Part shown: piece by piece, positions 15,263-21,933 of the stretch
Layout of the letters: every line of letters begins with the position of its first letter
Position numbering within the stretch: position 1 is the stretch's first letter
From: Deltaproteobacteria bacterium
GTDB lineage: Bacteria; Myxococcota_A; Polyangia; Haliangiales; JADYYK01
Assembly: GCA_020853705.1 (NCBI GenBank)
Contig: JADYYK010000107.1
Coordinates: 1 to 21,933 of the forward strand
Direction of reading: 5' to 3'
DNA length: 21,933 bases
Made by a program: the position numbers and the translations under genes
Notes under the pieces: model-generated
The model's database searches: none
The model's input: only the letters and a program-made list of their open reading frames with translations
Told to the model about the DNA's origin: nothing

Positions 15263-15973
15263 CTGCTCCTTCTCGCAGTACCAGCGGTTGTGCTCCGCGA
15301 CCCAGCGCAGCGGCGCGCCGCAGCGGGTGCAGGGGGTGACCTGCGCGGGGGCCGGCGGGGCCATGCCCATGGGCTGCTGCATGCCGGGCATGCCCATCGG
15401 GGGCTGCTGGGGCATGCCGGGGAAGCCGGGGCCAGTCGCGACCGGGGCGCCGCCGGCCTTGGCGGCCATGCCGTCGGGAGACTCCTCCCACTGCTTCATC
15501 ATGAGGCCGCCAGCGATGCCGGCCGCGCCGGCCAGCAGGGCCAGCGGGAAGCCGAAGCTGACGCCGATCTTGCCGCCATCGCCGGGGACGCTGGCGAAGA
15601 AGATGATCGACAGCAGGAGGTACGAGCTGCCCATGCCGATGGCGTTCTTCGACAGCGCCAGCGGGCCCGACCCGATGACCTTGCGCATGCCGACCGCGGC
15701 CGCGGCGCCGCCGCAGACCAGGCCGCCGATGGCGCCGAACACCATGACGAAGGTGCCCATGGTGGCCCAGGTGCTGCCGCTGCCGCGGCGGGCGGCCTTG
15801 CTGAGCGACACGCTCTCGCACTCACCCCCGCGACACATCTCGATACCCGTGGGGCCGACCGAGACGCTGCGACGCCCCTCACCGGCCGACCACCAGGTCT
15901 TGGTGAACGCCGTGATGAACATGAAGAGTGCCGCACCCGCCAGCAGCCCGAGAGCCAGTTTGCGCTTGTCCAA
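15251..15973 (-). CDS. Four-TM membrane protein with a Pro/Met/Gln-rich linker and a C-terminal zinc-ribbon-like motif, function unknown
   Basis: TTG start at 15973 preceded by GGAGGGGG. TM segments (LALGLLAGAALFMFITAF, MGTFVMVFGAIGGLVCGGAAAAV, SSYLLLSIIFFASV, FGFPLALLAGAAGIAGGLMM). Linker GFPGMPQQPPMGMPGMQQPMGM. C-terminus CTRCGAPLRWVAEHNRWYCEKEQQY. Confidence 0.65.
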   Translation of the reverse strand: MDKRKLALGLLAGAALFMFITAFTKTWWSAGEGRRSVSVGPTGIEMCRGGECESVSLSKAARRGSGSTWATMGTFVMVFGAIGGLVCGGAAAAVGMRKVIGSGPLALSKNAIGMGSSYLLLSIIFFASVPGDGGKIGVSFGFPLALLAGAAGIAGGLMMKQWEESPDGMAAKAGGAPVATGPGFPGMPQQPPMGMPGMQQPMGMAPPAPAQVTPCTRCGAPLRWVAEHNRWYCEKEQQYL

Positions 15974-16065
15974 GTCCCCCTCCAGGTCGAAAAGTGTGGC
16001 GGCATGCTACCAGAATCCGGCGCCTGCGGTGGAAACCTCTGACGTCGCGTGATACGGAAGCCGTC

Positions 16066-17277
16066 ATGCATCGAGAAGGGCACGGCGGCCTGCGGCTCGG
16101 CTTCATCAGCGGACGCATGTGCTCCCGTGGGCAGGACAGAAAGCTGTACTGCCACCCAGGGCTCGGCCGCCTGGTCGACGCCCTGCGCGGCCGGGTCGGC
16201 AAGCTGACGGTGGCCATGAGCCTGGCACCTGAACGTCCGACCGTGCACGACCATCAAGTCGACATGGCCGAGGCCGACTTCGTGGCGCTGCCGCACCTGC
16301 CCAGCACTCTCGCGGGGTTGCGCCAGGATCTGGCGTGCCGGCGCGCGTTTGCCGAGGTCGAGCGGCGCTCCGACGCCGTCATCGTCCAGCTGCCGTTCTC
16401 GCCGCCCAGCGCGCTGGCGCCGGCGCGCAGGCCGCGCGTCTACCATGTGTGCGCCGACGTCCCCAGCGTGGTGCGGGCGTCGCCCTTCTACACCGGGTTG
16501 CGGCGCCTGGCCGCGGTGGGCGCCGCCGATGCCATCCACCTGTGGACGCGCGCCCTGGTGCACCGGCAGCGCTGTCGCGTGGTCACCAACGGCGGCGAGC
16601 TGATGGCGCGGCTGGGGCGGCCGCCCGGCAGCGTGGGGGTCAGCTCTTCGCTGCTGGCATCGGAGATCGGCTCGGTGACCCGGGCGCGCCCGGCGGGGGC
16701 GCCGTTCCGCGTGCTGTTCGTGGGCTACCTGCGGCCCGAGAAGGGCCTCGACGTGCTGATGGCGGCCTATGCCCGCCTGTGTGACGACCTGCCCGGCAGC
16801 GAGCTGGTGATCGTCGGTCAGCAGGATCTCGACGAGGGCGGCGCGGCGCGCGAGTTCGCCGCCGCGGTGGCGGCGCTGGGGGCGCGCGGGCGGGTCACCC
16901 TGCGCGGCCACCTGCCGTTCGGGCCGGCGCTGTTCCGCGAGTATGCCGACGCCGACGTGCTGGCGGTGCCCAGCCGCAGCGAGGGTACCCCGCGGGTGCT
17001 GGTCGAGGCGCGCGCCTTCGGCTGCCCGGTGGTGGGGACGCGCGTGGGGGGCATCCCGACCTCGGTGGCCGATGGCGAGGACGGCCTGCTGGTGCCGCCC
17101 GACGACGCCGGGGCGCTGCACGCGGCGCTGTTGCGCATCGCGCGCGAGCCCGCGCTGGTGGCGCGCCTGGTCGAGCGCGGCCATGCGGCGGCGCGCCGGG
17201 CCACCGTCGATGCGTTTGCGCTGCAATTGCTCGCCGAGGTGGATACTCTGCTCGGCCACGCCAGGGAGGCCAGCTGA
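16066..17277 (+). CDS. GT-B fold glycosyltransferase (GT4 / Glycos_transf_1 type)
   Basis: FRVLFVGYLRPEKGLDVLMAAY...LVIVGQ...LAVPSRSEGTPRVLVEARAFGCPVVGTRVGGIPTSVADGEDGLLVPPDD contains the EX7E signature region. ATG at 16066. The stop overlaps the next start (TGATG). Confidence 0.85.
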   Translation: MHREGHGGLRLGFISGRMCSRGQDRKLYCHPGLGRLVDALRGRVGKLTVAMSLAPERPTVHDHQVDMAEADFVALPHLPSTLAGLRQDLACRRAFAEVERRSDAVIVQLPFSPPSALAPARRPRVYHVCADVPSVVRASPFYTGLRRLAAVGAADAIHLWTRALVHRQRCRVVTNGGELMARLGRPPGSVGVSSSLLASEIGSVTRARPAGAPFRVLFVGYLRPEKGLDVLMAAYARLCDDLPGSELVIVGQQDLDEGGAAREFAAAVAALGARGRVTLRGHLPFGPALFREYADADVLAVPSRSEGTPRVLVEARAFGCPVVGTRVGGIPTSVADGEDGLLVPPDDAGALHAALLRIAREPALVARLVERGHAAARRATVDAFALQLLAEVDTLLGHAREAS

Positions 17278-17897
17278 TGGGCAGCAAGGACGCGACCGAG
17301 ATCGTCGAGAAGAGTCCGCTCAGGCGCGCGCTGGCGTATGCCTGGTTCGAGGGCGTGATGTGGGCGACCGCGCCGCTGCCGGACTTTCGCGCGGTGCAGC
17401 GGCTGCGCGGGCGCCTGCTGGCGCCATGCTTCAAGAGCTGCGGCAAGAACGTGATGATCGCCAAGGACGTCAGCGCCTCGTACACCACCAGCATCGAGCT
17501 CGGCGACGACGTCTGGATCGCACGCGGCTCGTGGCTGATGGGCTACGGCGGGATCCGGCTCGACGACGAGGCCATGCTGGGGCCCTACACGGTGCTGGCG
17601 GGGGCGCTGCACAGCAAGCACGAGGGCTCGTACCGACATGGCACGCCGAAGGGGGCGCCCATCGTGATCGGGCGCGGGGCCTGGACCGGAGCGCACTCGG
17701 TGGTGATCGCGGGGGTCACGGTCGGCGAGGGCGCCGCGGTGTCGGCGGGCTGCATGGTCACCGTGGATGTGCCGGCCCAGGCCATGATCACCGGCGTCCC
17801 GGGGCGGGTGGTCAAGCCGGCGGCGACCGAGCCAGGGGCCGGGCCAGCAGGGCCAGGCAAGGACAAGGACAAGGACAAGGAGGCGCGGGCGAAGTGA
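17277..17897 (+). CDS. Left-handed beta-helix (hexapeptide-repeat) O-acyl/acetyltransferase
   Basis: Hexapeptide-like turns (IELGDDVWIARGSWL, IRLDDEAMLGPYTVL, IVIGRGAWTGAHSVVIAGVTVGEGAAVSAGCMV), as in WcaF/LacA-type sugar acetyltransferases. The KDKDKDK tail is encoded by (AAGGAC)3.5. Confidence 0.8.
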   Translation: MGSKDATEIVEKSPLRRALAYAWFEGVMWATAPLPDFRAVQRLRGRLLAPCFKSCGKNVMIAKDVSASYTTSIELGDDVWIARGSWLMGYGGIRLDDEAMLGPYTVLAGALHSKHEGSYRHGTPKGAPIVIGRGAWTGAHSVVIAGVTVGEGAAVSAGCMVTVDVPAQAMITGVPGRVVKPAATEPGAGPAGPGKDKDKDKEARAK

Positions 17898-19726
17898 GTT
17901 CGGGCCTGTCAGCCGCGGCCGAGGTCGAGGCCATCATCGCCGAGGCCGGCGCCGGGGCCGAGGGGCCGAGCGGGGTGCTCAAGGCGGCGCGCCGGCTGGC
18001 GCCGCTGATCAGCGGGCAGCCGCGGGTGGCGCTGCTGGCGTCGTTCGCGGGCCAGCTGCTGGAGCCGTACTTCGTGGTCGAGGCGGCGCGCGCGGGCTAT
18101 CCGCTGCGCCTGTGGGCGGCGCCGTTCGGGCAGTTCGAGCAGCTGGTGCTGGACACCGGCTCGGCGCTGTGGGCCTCGGCCCCCGAGGTGCTGATCGTCG
18201 TGCTGCGCCTGTGCGAGCTCGACCGTCGGCTGGTCGACGAGGCGCCCGAGCTGGGGCCCGCGGGCGTCACCGCGCGGCTGGTGGCGCTGCGCAGCCGGCT
18301 GGTCGGGCTGGCGCGCGAGCTGCGCGCGCGCTCGGCGGCGCCGGTGCTGGTGGCCAACCTGGCGCTGGAGGGGCCGGTGGCGCTGTTCGACGCCAGCGAT
18401 CCGGATGGCCTGGCGCACCTCGTGGCCGAGCAGAACCGGGTGCTGGCGCGGGAGCTCCGCGAGGTCGCCGACGCGCACGTGTTCGACTACGCCGGCACGG
18501 TGGCCGAGGTCGGCGCGGCGCGCTTCGCGGACGCCAGGCTGTGGGCCATGGCGCGCGCGGTGGGCAGCACCGAGGCGCACGTGGCGATGGCGCGGCGGCT
18601 GGCCGCGTCGGCGCGCGCGCTGCTCAGGCCGGCGCAGAAGTGCATCGTGGTCGATCTGGATCACACCCTGTGGGGCGGCGTGCTGGGCGATGACGGGCCG
18701 GCGGGGCTCAAGCTGGGCGACGACGGGGTGGGGGCGCTGTACAAGGATCTGCAGGCGGCGCTGCTGGGCTACCGGCGCCGCGGCTTGCTGCTGGCGGTCG
18801 CCAGCAAGAACGACGACGCGGTCGCGCGCGAGGCGCTGGCGACGCACCCCGAGATGCTGCTGCGCCCGGCGGACTTCGCCGCGATGGAGATCGGCTGGGG
18901 ACCCAAGTCGGAAGGGCTCAGCGCCATCGCACGGGCGCTGAACATCGGCGTCGACGCCCTGGTGTTCGTGGATGACAACCCGGTCGAGCGCGCCGCGGTG
19001 CGCGCCGCGCTGCCCGAGGTGCAGGTGGTCGAGCTGCCGGCGGAGCCGGCGGGCTATGTGGCGGCGCTCAGGCGCACGCCGGGGCTGGAGGCGCCGCGCC
19101 TGCTGGCCGAGGATCGCGCGCGCGCGGGCATGGTGGCGGGCGACGTGGCGCGCGGAGCCTGGTCGGCGCAGGCGGGGTCGGTGCAGGACTTCCTGGCCTC
19201 GCTGGAGATGGTGGCCGAGGTCGGGCGGGTCGATGAGGCCACGCTCGGGCGGGTGCACCAGCTGATCCAGAAGACCAACCAGTTCAACCTGACCACCCGG
19301 CGCCACCCTCTGGAGGAGGTGCGCCGGCTGGGCGCGGCCGACGACGCCGTGGTGGCCTGGCTCAGGCTGGCGGATCGCTTCGGTGATCTCGGCCTGGTGT
19401 GCGTGGGGATCGCGAGGGCGGTGGCGGGCGAGGCGGCGGAGCAGGCCGGGCTGTGGGAGATCGACAGCCTGCTGATGAGCTGTCGGGTGATGGGGCGGCA
19501 GGTCGAGGACGCCTTCCTGAGCTACCTGGCCGAGCAGGCGCGCGGCCGTGGCGCCAGGCGGCTGCGCGGAGCCTTCGTGGAGACGGCCAAGAACGCGCCG
19601 GTGCGCGGCTTCTATGGCGAGCGCGGCTGGCTGGCGACAGGCGACAACGTGTGGGAGCGCGACATCGCCGCCGAGGGGCCAGCGTGGCCAGCGGTGGTGA
19701 AGCGGAGACCGGACAAGGAGGCATGA
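17894..19726 (+). CDS. FkbH-like protein (HAD subfamily IIIC phosphatase domain plus a C-terminal acyltransferase-like domain)
   Basis: HAD motif I with the FkbH signature VVDLDHTLWGGVLGDDG. LAVASKN. VFVDDNPVE. Hallmark HQLIQKTNQFNLTTRR. GNAT-like C-terminus (WLRLADRFGDLGLV...SCRVMGRQVE...NAPVRGFY). GTG at 17894 in a GTGA overlap with the upstream stop. The upstream part of the 927-aa track ORF is a shadow frame of the two preceding genes. Confidence 0.85.
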   Translation: MSSGLSAAAEVEAIIAEAGAGAEGPSGVLKAARRLAPLISGQPRVALLASFAGQLLEPYFVVEAARAGYPLRLWAAPFGQFEQLVLDTGSALWASAPEVLIVVLRLCELDRRLVDEAPELGPAGVTARLVALRSRLVGLARELRARSAAPVLVANLALEGPVALFDASDPDGLAHLVAEQNRVLARELREVADAHVFDYAGTVAEVGAARFADARLWAMARAVGSTEAHVAMARRLAASARALLRPAQKCIVVDLDHTLWGGVLGDDGPAGLKLGDDGVGALYKDLQAALLGYRRRGLLLAVASKNDDAVAREALATHPEMLLRPADFAAMEIGWGPKSEGLSAIARALNIGVDALVFVDDNPVERAAVRAALPEVQVVELPAEPAGYVAALRRTPGLEAPRLLAEDRARAGMVAGDVARGAWSAQAGSVQDFLASLEMVAEVGRVDEATLGRVHQLIQKTNQFNLTTRRHPLEEVRRLGAADDAVVAWLRLADRFGDLGLVCVGIARAVAGEAAEQAGLWEIDSLLMSCRVMGRQVEDAFLSYLAEQARGRGARRLRGAFVETAKNAPVRGFYGERGWLATGDNVWERDIAAEGPAWPAVVKRRPDKEA

Positions 19727-19733
19727 AGGAGGC

Positions 19734-19969
19734 ATGAGCTTGCTGCTGCAGCGGGTGCGCAAGGTGGTGGCCGACGTCTTCGACGTGCCGCTGGAGCGGG
19801 TGGGGCCGAAGACGTCGAAGGACGACGTCGAGGCCTGGGACTCGGTCAACGTGGTGCACCTCATCATGGCGCTGGAGGCCGAGTTCGCGGTGGCGTTCAG
19901 CGACGACGACACCGCGGATCTGCTGTCGGTCGAGCTGATCGTGGCGCTGCTCGAGGAGAAGGGGGCGGC

Positions 19970-19973
<4 letters not shown>
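19734..19973 (+). CDS. Acyl carrier protein (stand-alone, type II-like)
   Basis: 79 aa. The phosphopantetheine Ser sits in AWDSVNVVHLIMALEAEF, followed by an acidic helix II/III. AGGAGG lies upstream. The stop overlaps the next gene's GTG (GTGA). Confidence 0.85.
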
Positions 19974-21247
<1,274 letters not shown>

Positions 21248-21352
21248 GGGTGGCGCCGCGCTGCTGGGGCCTGCCTGGGCTGCGCACAGGATGAACCTTG
21301 GCTTCGCCAGATCGCTGCGCGGGGATGGCAATGGGGAGTAAGATCCCCAGAG

Positions 21353-21933
21353 ATGCAGGCAGTTGCGAGGAGGTCGCTGGATCCACGGCTGCGGGTGCTG
21401 TACCTGCTGCTGGTCGCGATCGGCATCTTCGTGGTGCCGAAGCTGTGGATGGTGGCGGCGCTGGCGCTGGCGCACGCCGCGGCCTGGCTGCTGATCGGGC
21501 TGCCGCCGCGGCGCCTGCTGCGCCAGATCTTCAAGCTGTGGGGCTTCGCGACGTTCCTCATCCTGTCGTTCGCGCTGACCGAGGGTGGCAAGCGCGGACC
21601 GGTGTGGCAGGTCGACCTGTGGCTGTTCACGGTCGACTTCTCGGGCCACGCGGCGCTGGCGGGCGTGACCATGGTGCTGCGCGTGGTCACCGTCATCCTG
21701 GCGTCGCAGGTCGCGCGCGCGGGTGACGCGCGCGCCATCGCGGCGGGCCTCGGCAAGCTGGGGGTGCCGCGTATCGCGGCGGTGTCGATCGACTCTGTGC
21801 TGGCGCTGATGGGCGACGGCATGGGTGGCGGCGGCGGCGGTGGGCGAGGGCGGCATCGCGGTGGCGGTGGCGGTGGCGGTGGCGGTGGCGGTGGCGGTGG
21901 CGGTGGCGGTGGCGGTGGCGGTGGCGGTGGCGG
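21353..21933 (+). CDS. CbiQ/EcfT-like transporter transmembrane component (3' partial, runs off the window) with a poly-Gly insertion
   Basis: My own translation of frame 2; it is absent from the ORF track because no stop is reached: MQAVARRSLDPRLRVLYLLLVAIGIFVV...LWGFATFLILSFALTEGG...AALAGVTMVLRVVTVILASQVARAGDARAIAAGLGKLGVPRIAAVSIDSVLALMGDG then MGGGGGGGRGRHRGGGGGG.... The LDPRxK/R-L N-terminal motif and the LRxxxxxxxxxxxxxT/A...L..LG.P pattern are typical of CbiQ/EcfT. Strong GC3 bias. The first canonical start after the in-frame upstream stop is ATG 21353. Confidence 0.5.
   Translation, partial: MQAVARRSLDPRLRVLYLLLVAIGIFVVPKLWMVAALALAHAAAWLLIGLPPRRLLRQIFKLWGFATFLILSFALTEGGKRGPVWQVDLWLFTVDFSGHAALAGVTMVLRVVTVILASQVARAGDARAIAAGLGKLGVPRIAAVSIDSVLALMGDGMGGGGGGGRGRHRGGGGGGGGGGGGGGGGGGGGGGGG
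21860..21933 (+). repeat. (GGTGGC)n microsatellite, at least 12 copies, truncated by the window edge
   Basis: Perfect GGTGGC repeats run from 21860 to the end of the window. In the CbiQ-like frame they are read as poly-Gly. A GGC/GGT-rich stretch precedes them from 21823. Confidence 0.95.

Noticed and set aside
21248-21352. A cobalamin riboswitch upstream of the CbiQ-like gene
   Set aside because: Only ~105 bp are available, with no B12-box-like sequence. The only structure is a small 6-bp hairpin (TGGGGA-gtaaga-TCCCCA, 21332-21349).
21298-21726. A 142-aa plus-strand ORF on the track (MASPDRCAGMAMG...)
   Set aside because: The translation is Gly/Ala/Arg-rich with no motifs. The overlapping frame-2 reading from ATG 21353 gives a hydrophobic CbiQ/EcfT-like sequence with correct GC3 bias and no stop to the window end.

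Overview
Very GC-rich (by eye about 70%) bacterial chromosomal segment. The style is myxobacterial: many Ser/Thr kinases with periplasmic sensor domains, Ser/Thr/Pro/Gly-rich linkers encoded by microsatellites, and lipoproteins with LTGC lipoboxes. I support about 22 coding regions, 2 tRNA-type genes and several repeats.

Left to right:
- The 3' part of a tandem-domain phage-tail/eCIS tube-like gene.
- A thioredoxin-like lipoprotein, divergent from a His-rich polytopic membrane protein.
- A mini-lipoprotein.
- tRNA-Sec (selC).
- A minus-strand string: MarR, a 17-bp x7 repeat, a ClC channel, a Spy/CpxP-like protein, a Pth2-like hydrolase, an unknown protein, a non-canonical tRNA-like gene, and tatD.
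- A signalling block: a kinase with a TolB-like propeller, a kinase with an OmpA-like domain, a single-domain receiver, and a duplicated REC-HD-GYP protein.
- A (GGAGAC)n microsatellite followed by a hairpin.
- A membrane protein with a zinc ribbon.
- A translationally coupled glycan-modification operon: GT4, hexapeptide acyltransferase, FkbH-like protein, ACP, and a MaoC-SDR fusion.
- A partial CbiQ/EcfT-like gene that runs into a (GGTGGC)n repeat at the window edge.

No transposase, integrase, CRISPR array or rRNA is present.

The items most worth follow-up are:
- the structurally intact but non-canonical tRNA-like gene, which sits in one unit with a Pth2-like hydrolase and tatD;
- the FkbH/ACP/MaoC-SDR acyl-tailoring cassette;
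- the repeat and palindrome architecture in front of the ClC gene;
- the recurrent period-6 microsatellites.

All functional calls come from motif recognition by eye. No database search was run.
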